Positions 1-13,779 of a DNA stretch of 64,000 nucleotides are shown here, in pieces. Both the position numbers and the translations under genes were made by a program. Where the stretch lies: NCBI RefSeq assembly GCF_009914755.1, contig NC_060930.1, one strand, 5' to 3'. The number at the start of each line of letters is the position of its first letter. The first letter of the stretch is position 1. This stretch comes from the human T2T-CHM13v2.0 reference genome, Homo sapiens. The notes beneath the pieces are model-generated. The model had not been told where the DNA came from, made no database searches, and saw only the letters and a program-made list of their open reading frames with translations.

Positions 1-289
1 AAAGAAGGAGAGAATGGGATAAAGTTGGAGGAAGTTCACCTGGAATTATGCATGAATCTGGATACATCCACGGAAGAGCGGAACATGTGGAAACATAATG
101 TTTTTATGAGAATTGGTGATCTGCAGGAGAAGGCATAGAGTCTGAGACTGTAATGATCTGACACCCATGACAACCTTCTCCATGGAATCTCCCATCAATT
201 CATCACAGAGTCCTTCTGCCTGTGATGATTTACGGTGGTTCCTTGCTGTCCCTTAGACTTTACCACTCTGTACTTGGCCTGCTGCTTCC

Positions 290-610
290 TCTGCCTGTGA
301 TGCTCTTCCTCAGCTTGATGGACTCCTATTTATCCTTCAAGATTGGGCTTAGACAACTCGTATTCAAGGGAAGCCTTTTCTGATCTCTCCAGACAGAGTT
401 ATGCACATCCTTCCCTGTTCTCCCCAAATACCCTGTAGACCCCCACACCCTTCCCTTATAACCTGTGTGCACAATATTTGATTACCATATTGTCTTCCAC
501 CTAGAGGACCTCAAATGTTTTTTTTTTTCCTTCTTCTTTACATTTATAGTGCCTGGGACTCCACCTGTCATCTAGTGGGTGCCAAATAATTACTTGCTGA
601 ATGACTGAAT
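290..610 (+). mobile_element. L2 LINE 3' fragment (old, diverged)
   Basis: L2-like text (TCCTATTTATCCTTCAAGA...GGGAAGCCTTTTCTGA) ending in the typical L2 tail TTGCTGAATGACTGAAT. Confidence 0.6.
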
Positions 611-2054
611 CTCTTTTTGCTATTTCAACAAGTCAGAGAAAACATTGATGTTTAACTCCGCTATATCTTCTCCTCCCAAACAGTAAAACAGGGAAGAAGC
701 TTCACTCACAGCCGAGAGTCACGAGTTGAATTCTATGTCTCTCAAAACATTGAGAGATGAAGAACCTTACTTTAAATAAATAAATTCCCAAATGATGTCA
801 TTTGATTCTTCAGTAGGAGAAGTGTTTTGGGGCAGCAGCTTTTCTAGTATTATTTGTATTCAACCATGTCCTATGGCAACTGAGAAGTCTCTGTTCTCTA
901 TTCTGTATGGATAGAGTGACAAATTGAGGAAGATTACTGGAGAATCTATAAGGTTACACAGCCTCATTTATATGAACTCTGAAGAAACAGCAGATGTCAG
1001 ATATAAGCAGAAAGGTTTTTCAAGAATAGTTTGGGAGGCTGTCTAAAATAAAGCACAATGCCTCATTCTTTTTAATCCTGCACCCACAAGGTGCTGAAAA
1101 TATAGTGTTTAAAAAGCAGATAGCCAGTCTCAAGCCAGTATTTTGAACCTATAGGATTTTTAATATTTAACAAGAGGTTTTGTCTCTATGTGTAGTGGTT
1201 AAATCAATCAATTAATAGTGAAAATTTCACACAACCAGCTTCCACACATCTTTTTTTTTTTAAACTGGATCGACTAGCTATGTTATTCTCATGAAATCAT
1301 AGGGTTTAATGAGAACTTATGACCTAGTAACAATGAAATAGCAGATTTTCACCTTGTAGTTACTGTCTAAAAAAAGAAATTGAGGGAGTCCATTATGGGA
1401 GCAGTTTAAGAGTTTTGCCATGAATTTATTGAGTCTGATTATGAATTGTGAGTGAGAAATTGGTTTCTGGGTTTTCAACAATGGAAATAATTAAACTTGA
1501 TCAGTGACAAGAAACCAGTGAAACTGGCAACTTTAATGGGGCTATTTTGTCCTCAAAAGTTTTCCTGAAAACATAGGGTAATGCCATTAGTGCTGAATTT
1601 GCCCACCTGTAACAAAAATTTTTTCCTTAGGGCAGAGTAGACGTGAATGGAAACCACACTGTGATGAAGAAAGAGTCTGAGGTGATTTATGTGTGTGGTT
1701 TGGCTTGAAAGTGGGTGGCAAAGGTAAAGAAAAAAAATTAATGACCTTTCCAGGGCTCTTTTTCCCCCTCTAATTCTATGGAAAGAGCTGTGTTCCATGA
1801 AACTGGAGTGATAAAATAAGGGCTAAAGGAAACTATAACAGGGATTATTATTTATATGTTTTCATAGACATGGACAACGAATGTGAGATACAGTGGCATG
1901 ATTTTCACTGGAATAATATGTATCACTTATACGTGTGTATGTATTGAAAGTTGGATGGAGAAGAATAGGGTAAAGAAAGTCAAATTATAGGAACAATTGC
2001 CAAAATCCAATAGTTGGAAAATATACAAATAAGTAAACCTTATTTATTTTATAT

Positions 2055-2145
2055 AGGTTACACTAACAGTCCAGACTTCACCACTACACAAAATATTCAT
2101 GTGACAAGACTGCCTTTGTACCCTTTAAATTTATACCAAAAAAAA
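2055..2145 (+). mobile_element. Short L1 3'-end fragment (old L1PA/L1PB type)
   Basis: CCAGACTTCACCACTA...TTGTACCCTTTAAATTTATAC followed by an A-tail. Confidence 0.65.
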
Positions 2146-2154
2146 GAGAGAAAT

Positions 2155-2370
2155 GTTTGCTTAGTGCTTACTGTATTTCTGACATTGTTCTAACAACTTT
2201 ATGAATATAAACTCATTTTATTATCCTAACTACCCTGTGTGGTAGGACTATGGTTAGCCCCCTTTCACTGCAGCCCAAAGAGGTTAAGTAATTTGTATAG
2301 AGTCACACAGCTAGTAAGCTGTGAGGCTGGATTCCAACCTCTGTCTCCTCATGCCCTGCTCTTAACCCCA
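2155..2370 (-). mobile_element. MIR SINE
   Basis: Reverse-complement MIR core AGAGGTTAAGTAATTTG..AGTCACACAGCTAGTAAG. Confidence 0.8.
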
Positions 2371-2704
2371 TGGATAATGGACTTATCCAGAGTGAAAGTA
2401 GTGAGATATCCTGGGAATACACAGCATAAATTGTGCACAGTGTTGATATTAATTAAAGAAGCAGCTGATTAATTTTTTATAGCACTAGAACATTTTCTGC
2501 AGCATTCCTGCCTTACTTACCTGCCATGCCATTCACCTTTGATTCTTCTCCAGGGTGAGGAAAATAAAGAAAAAAAAAAAGGATAAGAGAAGCACTAGGA
2601 AAGTGATCCAGACAATTTGGTGAGTTACTTTTTGATTGATATATTACTTATGAATTCAGTGGCTGTACTAATAGAGATGAAAGGGCTAGTGGTTTTTCAC
2701 CAAT

Positions 2705-5465
2705 TTTCTTTTTTAATTTTATTTTAAGTTCCTGGGTACATGTGCAGGATGTGCAGGTTTGTTACGTAGGTAAATGTGTGCCATGGTGATTTGCTGCCTG
2801 TATCAAACCATCACCCAGGTATTAAGCCCAGCATGCATTAGCTATTTTTCCTGATGCTCTCCCTCCCTCCATGCCCCCTGACAGGCCCCAGTGTATGATG
2901 TTCCCCTCTCTGTGTCTATATGTTCACATTGTTCCACTCCCACTTATAAGTGAGAACATGCGGTGTTTGGTTTTCTGTTCCTGTGTTAGTTTGCTGAAGA
3001 TAATGACTTCCAGCTCCTTCCATGTTTCTGCAAAGGATATGATCACATTCCTTTTTATGGCTGCATTGTATTCCATGGTTTATATGTACCACATTTTCTT
3101 TAGCCAGTCTATCAGTGATGGGCATTTGGGTTGGTTCCATGTCTTTGTTATTGTGAATAGGGCTGCAATGAATGTATGAGTGCATGTATCTTTATAATAG
3201 AATGATTTATATTCCTTTGGGTATATACCCAGTAATGGGATTGCTGGGTCAAATGGTATTTCTGCTTCTAGATCTTTAAGGAATCACTAAATTGTCTTCC
3301 ACAATGGTTGAACTAATTTACATTCCCCAAAACAGTGTAAAACTGTTCCCCTTTCTCCGCATCCTTGCCAGCATCTGTTGTTTCTTGAATTTTTAATCAT
3401 TGCCATTCTAACTGGTGTGAGATGGTATCTCTTTGTTGTTTTGACTTGCATTGCTCTAATGATCAGTCAGGTTGTGCTTTTTAAAGATATGTTTGTGGGA
3501 CGCATGAAAATGTCTTCTTTTCAGAAGTGTATATCCATGTCCTTTGACCACTTTTTAATGGGGTTGTTTGTTTTTTTCTTGTTAAGTTTCTTGTAGACTT
3601 TGGATATTAGACCTTTGTCAGATGGATAGATTGCAAAACTTTTCTTCCATTCTGTAGGTTGTCTGTTCACTTGATGATAGTTTCTTTTGCTGTGCAGAAG
3701 CTCTTTAGTGAAATTAGATCCTATTTGTCACTTCTTGCTTTTGTTGCAGTTGCTTTTGACATTTTCATCATGAAATCTTTGCCTGTGCCTATGTCCTGAA
3801 CGGTATTGCCTGGATTTTCTTCTGGAGTTTTTATAGTTTTAGGTTTTACATTTAAGTCTTTAATACATCTTGAGTTAATTTTTGTATAAGGTATAAGGAA
3901 GGGGTCCAGTTTCAACTTTCTGCATATAGCCAGCTAGGTTTCCCAGCATCAATTATTAACTAGGGAATCTTTTCCCATTGCTTGTTTTTGTCGGGTTTGT
4001 TGAAGATCAAATGGTTATAGATGTGTGGTCTTATTTCTGAGTTCTCTCTTCTGTTCCATTGGTCTGTGTGTCTGTTTTTATACCAGTACCATGCTGTTTT
4101 GGTTACTGTAGCCTTACAGCATAGTTTGAAGTCGGGGACCATGATGCTTCCAGCTTTGTTCTCTTTGCTTAGAATTTTCTTGGCTATACAGGCTCTTTTT
4201 CTGGTTCCATATGAAGTTTGAAATAGCTTTTTTCTAATTCTTTTTTTTTTTCTTTTTGAGACAGAGTCTCGATTTATCACCCACGCTGGAGTGCAGTGGT
4301 GCTATCTTGGCTCACTGCAATATCCAACTCTCAGGTTCAGGCAATTCTCATGCCCTAGCCTCCTGAGTAGCTGGGTTTACAGGCATGCACCCCCATGCCT
4401 GGCCAATTTAGAGACATGGTTTCACCATGTTGGCCAAGTTGGTCTCGAACTCCTGACCTCAAGGGATCCGCCTGCCTCGGCCTCCCAAAGGCTGGGATTA
4501 TAGGCTCGAGCCACCACACCTGGCCAGTTTTTTCTAATTCTGTGAAGAATGTTAATGGTAGTTTAATGGGAATAGCATTGAATCTATAAATTGCTTTGGG
4601 CAGTATGGCCATTTTCACGATATTGATTTTTCCTATCCATGAAAATGGAATGTTTTTCCATTTGTTTGTGTCCTGTTGGATTTCCTTGAGCAGTGGTTTG
4701 TGGTTCTTTTTGAAGAGTGCCTTCACTTCCCTTGTTAGCTGTAATTCCTAGGCATTCTATTCTTTTTGTAGCAATTGTGAATGGGAGTTCATTCATGATT
4801 TGGCTCTCTGCTTGTCTGTTGTTGGTGTATAGGAATGCTTGAGATTTGTGCACATTAATTTTGTATCCTGAGACTTTGCTGAAGTTGTTTGTCATCTTAA
4901 GAAACCTTTGGGCTGAGACAATCGGGTTTTCTAAATATAGGATCATGTCATCTGCAGAGACAATTTGATTCCATCTCTTCCTATTTTAATGCCCTTTATT
5001 TCTTTCTCTTGCCTGATTGCCCTAGCCAGAAATTCTAATACTATGTTGAATAGGAGTGGTGAAAGAGGGCATCGTTGTCTTGTGCTAGTTTTCAAGGGGA
5101 ATGCTTCCAGCTTTTGCCCATTCAGTCTGATATTGCCTGTGGGTTTGTCATAAATGGCTCTTATTATTTTGAGGTATGTTCCTTCATTACGTAGTTTATT
5201 GAGAGTTTTTAGCATGAAGGGATGTAGAATTTTATCGAAGGCTTTTTCTGCATCTATTGAGATAATTATGTGGTTTTTGTCTTCAGTTCTGTTTATGTGA
5301 TGAGTTACATTTATTGATTTTCATATGTTGAACCAGTCTTGCATCCTGGTGATGAAGCCGACTTGATCGGATAAGCTCTTTGATTTGCCGTGGGATCTGG
5401 TTTGCCTGTATTTTACTGAGAATTTTGCACTGATGTTCATCAGGGATATTGGCCTGAAGTTTTCT
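2705..5465 (-). mobile_element. 5'-truncated L1PA (L1PA8-10-like), 3'UTR plus ORF2 C-terminal half, interrupted by an Alu
   Basis: T-rich tail and 3'UTR (TACATGTGCAGGATGTGCAGGTTTGTTAC); minus-strand ORFs give ORF2 peptides ([47 protein letters not shown]); frameshifted. Confidence 0.95.
4241..4525 (-). mobile_element. AluS nested in L1
   Basis: Alu dimer with a shortened central A-linker; TSD AG(C)TTTTTTCTAATTC at 4225-4240 and 4526-4540. Confidence 0.92.
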
Positions 5466-5566
5466 TTCTTTCTTTTTTTTTTTTTTAAATTTCAAAATCC
5501 GGGGCACATGTGCAGGATGTGGTTGTGTTACATAGGTAAAATGTGCCATGGTGATTTCTTGTATCA
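5466..5566 (-). mobile_element. Second very short L1PA 3'-end stub
   Basis: T-tract followed by CACATGTGCAGGATGTG..GTTACATAGGTAAA.TGTGCCATGGTGATTT. Confidence 0.8.
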
Positions 5567-6849
5567 CAAAGAAATGTTTCTTAAACTTTTTTTTGAGAAG
5601 CTATCTTAAACCCTAATCTAATTAAAGATCCTGAGAAATGAGAGATGATGTTTATCTTTTATCTGTGTCTGTATATGATTAAAGTATTATGTGAGTATCC
5701 TAACTATTTCCAGGACTGAAAAATTTTCTGTTACATAGAGCAAGTGTAACTTCTTTCAAAGCCAATTGGAATTGATTGGGCATTTTCTTCATGTGAGGGA
5801 GAAATCTATGCGATTTCACCAACATTCTCTCAGCCACTACCCAAATGATTTTACTCTCATCAAGATCAAAATATTATTACAAAAGAAGTTGTCTTTGTCA
5901 GCAACATAGACACTTCTTTGTGTCCTGCATCTTTTCTGATGCTTCATACATGAGTTTTATGAAACCAAACTCACTAATTTGACTTATGGTTGACTACACT
6001 CCAGGACCTTCTTTGATCTTAAAGGGAGATTGGCTCCTTTGTCTCAGATGGGTTTCCAGTGAGTCACTTTTGCGCCATTCTAGACTATAGAGTCACTTAG
6101 CTTTGTACTCAGCCACTTTGAGGGTTGGTGTCATTCTTAGTCTTTGTCCCTGTAGATACTTGAACTCTTAGATTAGCAACCTATTAAATACAGCATATAT
6201 GCAAAGCCACTAAAATATGTGGCAAAATAACAAGCTTTGTGGAACACAACTCCTAGCTCCTACTGCAAAGCCAAAATTCTTTCTCAAGCTAAAATATAAG
6301 TACTTGGAAAAGGAAGATGCTTGCCTTGACAGAATTTCAGTAGGCAAAGAGTATCAGTGGAAATCTGTGTCTTCAAGTCTCTATTGAAGTAGATTTCTTC
6401 AAAGGTTCAGTAAAAGGACCAAACGTATATTCATCAAATTCATCATTGATCTATAATGCATGTCTTGCTTCCAGATACGTTTTCTGGCCCATAAGTGTAG
6501 TAACATGCTGAGTGATAATATTTAAGCTGTTTCCTGGGGTCAGACTAGTGCCCATCTTCCATGCTTTCCTTATTTGTACAGTAAGATATTTAGAAAGCAT
6601 AAATATAACAAAGGTGGTCACCTACAATTCAGAGAAATTCATGTCTTTAAGAATAGGTAAGATACCCCAGAAGAGTTGTGCCTTCTATATTACTACTTCT
6701 TTGTAGCTTTTAAGGATTTAAGCAAAAGCATCTGAATATAAAGCTTTCAGATCATTAAAGATATAGCTTTAAAACAATAGAAATTTCTAATGTTTCCAAA
6801 TCACTCTCTCTCCTCCTACCCTCTCTCTGACACTGTGGCTAATCGTTTC

Positions 6850-7090
6850 CTTGCTGCGTAGTGTAATTGGGAGGGAAAAGTAATCTGTAGAGCTGACGGA
6901 TCTTAATTTCCATTTCTTCCACTTACTAGCTATATGAAATTAGGTAAACTTCTTAATCAGAAGCTTGGCATTCATATTTGTAAATTTGGTATGGAAATAA
7001 TTTATTAGGAAGGATATTACAAGAAATAGGTAACACACGTCTGATAATTCTACTATATCATTTAGTGCATAGAAATGCAATAACTATTAA
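6850..7090 (+). mobile_element. MIR SINE
   Basis: CTTCCACTTACTAGCTATATGAAATTAGGTAAACTTCTTAA core-like sequence. Confidence 0.65.
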
Positions 7091-7644
7091 TTCATCTTTC
7101 CCTTTCAGTTGTAAATGGCAAGTAGAAGCATTACTCTTTTAAAGCAGTTGGGATCTGATGTAAATAACTTGCCCACTCTGAGTGGAACACCTGTCCTTAA
7201 CTAGGACAAATTCAGGAGGTCCAAGGCCAGGAGCCAGCCCACCATCAGCTCTTCCCTCTTACCTTTCTTTCCTTGTCTTTGATCATTGGAGAATTGTGGT
7301 ATTTCTCTTCAAAGGCAGGAAGTTTGTACATCTGCTACACTGTGTACTTGATCTTTACTGGATTATGCAGAATTATCTAAATAAACAAGAACATACCAAG
7401 CACTTCCTCCCCATTAAGTGCACAGCCAACTGAGTCAGACTACCATTTCTTTGTAGCTTGACACAACTACAGAAAGATCAAATACCAAACCACCTTCCAG
7501 CTGCAATTCCCTAAAAAGAACTGACTCTTAGGGTGAGGCCATTTTAGTGGTGTCTGAAAGACTTTGGTTGAGTCAAAACATTATCCAGGCTGGTAAAGGA
7601 ACTAATGACAAAGAATGATCTGACACTTCACCAGTTCAGTTGTA

Positions 7645-7808
7645 AATATATGTATTTAGTATATGTATTAATATATATGCACCATATGTGTTAGTATTAT
7701 ATATTTTAGTCTACGTAAGTTTACGTATATAACAATATTACATACATCATTATATATTAATATAGATTTTAAAGTACATATTTTATGTATATCTATGCAC
7801 ACACACAC
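7645..7808. repeat. AT-rich low-complexity (TA)-like tract
   Basis: Degenerate TA/TATG repeats. Confidence 0.7.
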
Positions 7809-8704
7809 TTTTCTTTTTCAAGTAAAGTATATTCTGGTAAACTGAATAATAATTCTTAAGAATATCTACTGTGGTAGATGTGATTCATCAGTAAAATATC
7901 TGCCTAAACAATGCTTCCCTGTTTCAGAACATGGCAGATTTGATTTCTATTTCCCTTAGCCGTTCTTCTTTCACCATATCGTCAAGTTCTCTTGATTTTG
8001 TGTCTGAAATGTATGTCATCATGGTCACCATCTTGGTCAAGGTCCTAGTTTCCAACCTAGAATATTGCAAGAGTCCTAGAAAGATTTTGTATTTCCATTT
8101 TTGATTCTCCTCAGTCTATTCTCCAATTGTAAAATAATCTTTTCAAAAAACCCATCAGTTTGAGATAAGCAGGTTACAGGTAACTCAACCAGGTTAGGGA
8201 ATTCTCCATCCCCGACCAGAAACATAGACCCTCCACAATCTCAACATGTCACATGCCCAAAGCAGAGTTGGGATAAAGTCAGGGACCAACCTGGCCTTTC
8301 CTCACCATCCAAGGGTGACCCTGTGGCATTACTGCCACATCCAGGAGAAGGCAGAATTTTCCCTTTGCCTCAGGAGTTCTCAGGAGTTGGTCTGTAGTTA
8401 GGCCTTCTCTTATGTGGGCAGAAAGATTAGACAAACTTTTGGCAAGATAATATTGCACTTTAGCCATTAGCTTCCTCGTATGTCCTGGCAATGACAATCA
8501 GAAAAACAGCAGCAACCATGATGTTAGCACTTAGCAGGTCATTCTCAGTACTTAGATTCTGAGTGCTTAAATTATTTAAAAAGTTTTTTTTTATTTTTAA
8601 TTTTTGTGGGTACATAGTAGGTGTTTTAAAAAAATCATTTCTATTCTCAGTGCTTAGATTCTTAGTGCTTCATTCTGTGTCATGCTTAAAGAAGCCTCTT
8701 CTTT

Positions 8705-9090
8705 TGATTTTTTCATTTTTAAATAACTATTGAAGTATGTTTTCCACATCACAAAATTCACCCATTTTAGATCTACAATTCAGTGGTATTTAATATCTCT
8801 ACTAAGTGGTGCAGCAGTCACCATAGCAAGCTTTAGGGCATTATCATCCCCCCACAAGATCCTCCATGCCCTTTTACAGTTAATTCTTCTTCCCATCCCA
8901 GCCATAGACAACCACTAATCTACTTACTGTTCTTTAAATTTGCTTTGTTTGTACATTTCATAAGCATGTGGTCTCCCAGATTTGGCCTCCTTCATGTTGT
9001 AGTGTGGGATGAGCAGCAATTCATTCCTTCCATTGCTGAATGGCATTCCAGCTTATGCATATACCACATTTTGTTTACCCATCACCAGTT
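8705..9090 (-). mobile_element. Old L1M (L1MB/MC/ME) 3' fragment
   Basis: AAAATTCACCCATTTTAG..TACAATTCAGTG; CAACCACTAATCTACTT; ATACCACATTTTGTTTACCCAT. Confidence 0.8.
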
Positions 9091-10671
9091 ATATCTCATT
9101 TTGTAAGTCTCTTTTCCTTGAAAAGTTTATCCCTTTCTTTGCCACATGCAACCTAAATTTTCATTAATGACAATAAGTTGGTGGGTGAATTCTGCAACAG
9201 ATATGAAAAGTAGGGCTTGATGGTTTTCCACTTAAGGAATACGTGACATAAAGAACTAAAATGACTAAATGAAAGACATTGTGTTTTTGACTTTTCTCTA
9301 CAAATAGCAAGAAGGATCTCTGCTGCAGACTCTGACAAATGGGTGAACCCCTAGGTTCTTCCTATATGTACCTAGAATGGCTGGGTATATGGCTTTGATC
9401 AGGCATATACCTGTTATCCTTATTATGAGAGGAATGACTCACTTAAGGACAGGGAGCAGTGCAACTTATTTAACTCTTGTGTCTGCATTATATTCAGGAA
9501 AGCTACAAATTTTGTGAGCCATTGTGAAACCAATACATGAAGCCGTGTAGCGGCCAAAATATCCCTGGCAAATGTCCATAGGAATAGGCAGAGGTGAAGG
9601 CTTCTGCTCAGAAATTCTTGCCACTTTTGTGTCATGGGCTTCATATTAGAACTGGGATTCATTGTGGTCGAGGACAATGACAATTTGACAAATTGGGACA
9701 GGGCTCTATAAATGGCGGCCTTTTTCCACAAAGTCTAAACTAGTGGAGTTCATTTAAATTAGAGTATATTTCAAACTTCTGGATGAACTACTACTCAATG
9801 GAATTACCCAATGTCAATAATGATTCATGGTCTCACTCATCAGAAAACCTCTGTCCTCTGAAGCTTGAAGAATAACCAAAATAGTGATAGGTCAGTGAAT
9901 AACTTCAAAGGCAGTGGCTACTCTAGCTTGACCACGTTGAGATAGTTCCCAACATCTAGGTCGATCACTTAACAAACCTGTTTGAAATAGCCAGTATCGT
10001 CTCTTAGTCAATATTTTCTGGTGACAAGAAATCCACTCAAAATACCACCACTAGGGGAGGATATTATAATAATAAAAAAGACATGGAAAATAATTATATA
10101 TGGGGAGTCAACATGGGAACTTAATATGAGAAGACACTGAAACAACTACTTTTCTTTCCGAATTTCAGGACTAAATGTTTTGCTCCCTGTCTGTTCATTG
10201 GGGTTCTGATGCTTTCTCTCCACTATGCTTCTTTTTTCCTTCTCTCTGAATATACCAGTGGAAAGAGATATTGATCTGTGTGTAGAAAACAAAGCTCAAA
10301 GGCAAGAGCCAGGGGAAGCCAATTGAAGTGATAATCTGGGAGCAGTGGACACTGAGAAGAACCCTATGAACAAATGAGAACTGTCAATGGCCTGGTTAAG
10401 AGATAGAATGAGCTACGACAGGGGCAGTTCTATAACAAATTACACAAGCATAGAAAATCCATGGGGTTTTCCTTCCACATATAACCTAGCATACTTTACC
10501 GAACCCAGAGAAAACTTTTCCAGTCCCATATATAACCTTAGCAATGCAGTCTCACTTTTCAGAGTTGACATTCCTATTTAGGCATAAGAATTTGCTGGTC
10601 TTCATAAAATGACTGAGTGCTCCTTCCAAGTAATTGTAGTAGAAACCACATGACATTCCCCCTAACTTTTA

Positions 10672-11019
<348 letters not shown>

Positions 11020-11909
11020 AAAATACATTGCTTATATAAGCAGGAAATGAGAGAGATTTAACCTAAATGAATAAATACACCTTTGTGGTTTTATTCAACG
11101 TTAACATTCTATATGAGACAGACTAAATGCTTTCTTCAGAATTAGAGCTCTTCTTGAGGTGGCGAATTCACTCAAGGTATGCATTAATACTCTAGAAACA
11201 CATTGCCTGTCACTTCTTACTGCTTGCTGCTTAATTAAAAGGGATGTCAGACACTTCTGAAAAGGCTCTGGTAAATTGTCAAATTCAACAAAAGAAAGAA
11301 AATTTTAGATAAAGCACCTTATGTAAATTAGGCCTTCCCCCAGCCCAATTTCCTTCCTTCTTCTAACCACTGTTACCATCATTTTAGGTGACTTTTGTCT
11401 GGCATTTAAAAATGAAATGCGATTCTCTTATTCACTCCTTGGCAACATTCCCTGAAATATTCTACTAAGTGTTTTCAATTATTTGCCAGTCCCAATAGAA
11501 TCTCAGTAAGATGTTTTAAAAAGATATCTTATCCAGCACATAATATTTTGCAGTTCGAACGCTATCCATATTGCAATATAGATAAATTAAGCAATGCTAA
11601 TGAATCTCATAACTTTAAATCAATACATTTGTAAATGACTAACCATATATTCCAAAAGGTTTAACATTTTTAAAGGTCATTTTCAATTCTTTGTCTTAGA
11701 AAGATCATCAAATTTATAAGCAACAAAATTGCAAAAAACTAAAACTAAAATTATTACTAAAACTGGACCTCTAGTATTATTTGATTGCATAGATTTGATT
11801 GTATAGATTTTTATTAAATTTTGTAGAAAATAAGGTACTTATTGGTATTTAACTTATTAAAGTTTATAAATAGAAAAAAATGCCTTACGTATGTGGTACC
11901 AGAGTTACT

Positions 11910-12150
11910 GAGCGGAAACCACATGAGAATTTGAAAGAGAACTCTTGGGTCCTAGCGCAGGCTTCACAGTGTTTTAAGATGTGTGGCCGTTTGCAGAGTA
12001 TTTAAACATTTCATACTTCAATTTCTCTGTCCTTGAAATGGTGATAATAATGTGTGCCCTGCGTATCTTATGGGAATGTCATAATATTTAAATACACAAA
12101 GGTATGCCAAGGACTTTGTACATTCTAATGTGCTGGTGCATAAATGAAAG
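11910..12150 (+). mobile_element. MIR-family SINE (diverged)
   Basis: CTTCAATTTCTCTGTCCTTGAAATGGTGATAATAAT core-like sequence. Confidence 0.55.
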
Positions 12151-13779
12151 GCATCACTATCAGTTTTTCTTCCAGTTTTGCTAGATCTCATGGCCACTCT
12201 TGAACAAATGATGGATTTAAAACAGATCATCATTTTCATCTTCTCTCCAACTCTTTTAGTGATAAGGGTAAACAAAGAAAAACCCTATTTAGAGTCCTGT
12301 CTGGTTGGTGGCAACATTTCTAATTTGTGGTCATGTTTTTCTGAAGACTCATCATGTGCTTAGAGATTTAAGACCTGAGACTTCAGGAAGTAAAACAAGC
12401 AGGAGAGGGAAGTATAATCCTGTTAATAGATGTCTAAGATTGAATTGTGATAATTAGGAAGAAATGGGTTAGGAAAGTGAGCAATTTTATAGATCGCAGA
12501 TCTATTTTTTTAATAACCTCTCAGATGTTACAAGATTGCATATCTATTTTAATGATTCTTGAGATGTTTCTAATCTTAAGGCATGGTTATGGAATTTTTA
12601 GTAAAAACATAAATGAAAGCTATAAATGAATTTTTAGAATGTTGAAATCAAGAACTCACAAACTCTTGTTGCAATCTGGAAAAATATAAATTATCCAAGC
12701 AAGTCGACCCTTGTCAAATTCCTATTTTGATAGAGTAACAAGGCTGGGAATATTATTGCTGGGAAAACACTCTGCTTGGTTAATTAAAAAAAAAAAGTAA
12801 AATCCTTTGTCATTTGCCATCAGGATAAATGCTGTAATAAGTAATTGTTCTCTGAGTAGCAGCTTCTCAAAGGTGTCATTTCATTCCCTTTTTTGCATGT
12901 TTCACAAATTTGAATATTCCCGAAAGACAGTAGTATGCCTTCAGCATGAATAAGGTGATTATAGGATGACAGAATTTTTCTTGAGAGCCATTTTAAGAGT
13001 CATTATGTATACTTTGTCAGCTTGCTGTTGGATGCCAGATGCATTAGGTGATGAGACTACTATTTAAAATAAAACAGAATAAAAACAATTATGGCAATTG
13101 ACCAGTTGCAAACTGAAAAAAGTCTGCATGTTATAATTTTTAAAAGTGTATTTTTGCATCCAGGGACATGTGATTTAAACTTAATGGCTGTGCCCATTGA
13201 CTTTTCAGTTCTCCTTCATGTCTCTTATTGATTTCCAAGTTATGAAGATTAGGTGGCAGTGATGCAAAGTTCACTTTTGCTTCTGCATAGGTCCTAATAA
13301 TCAGGCTGCAAACAATCTTCTTTTCCCCACAACTGGTTGTAATCAACACAAATCTAAGTTTTATAATTTGCTGCTGTTTTATAACAATAGAGAAATTTCT
13401 GAGGCTGTTTTCGAAAAACCGTGCCTGAGGAAAAGCTGCTCTTGAGGAAGAAAAAGTTACCTAACTGATGTGCCTTTAATTTTCAACAGTTCAAGCTGTC
13501 CACAGATATGAACATTTTATAGTTTTGGCCAATAAAATTAGATCATTAGGTGCCAGTGTGTGCATTATTGACTTTTTTGAGAAAGAGAAATGATGGAGAA
13601 AGGTATGTTATACTATCCTATAGTCTAATTCCCAAACTTTTTGCTTGAAGGTGCCACAAAGAAGTGAAGAATGTTGTTGATTATTTATTTATGTATTTAT
13701 TTATCCTCCTCTGAAATTCAAGCTGCCTATTTGGACCACTTAGGTTTGGAACTAGAGATCTGGCAAAGCATGAAGATTC

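Noticed and set aside
566-579. CTCF-like CCACTAGATGACAG (minus strand), and a weaker match near 10048
   Set aside because: Mismatches at core positions; not supportable from sequence alone.
2871-5609. Cluster of 60-120 aa ORFs, with similar clusters at 36787-40525 and 56144-62885
   Set aside because: Fragments or antisense frames of decayed L1; no intact ORF1 or ORF2.
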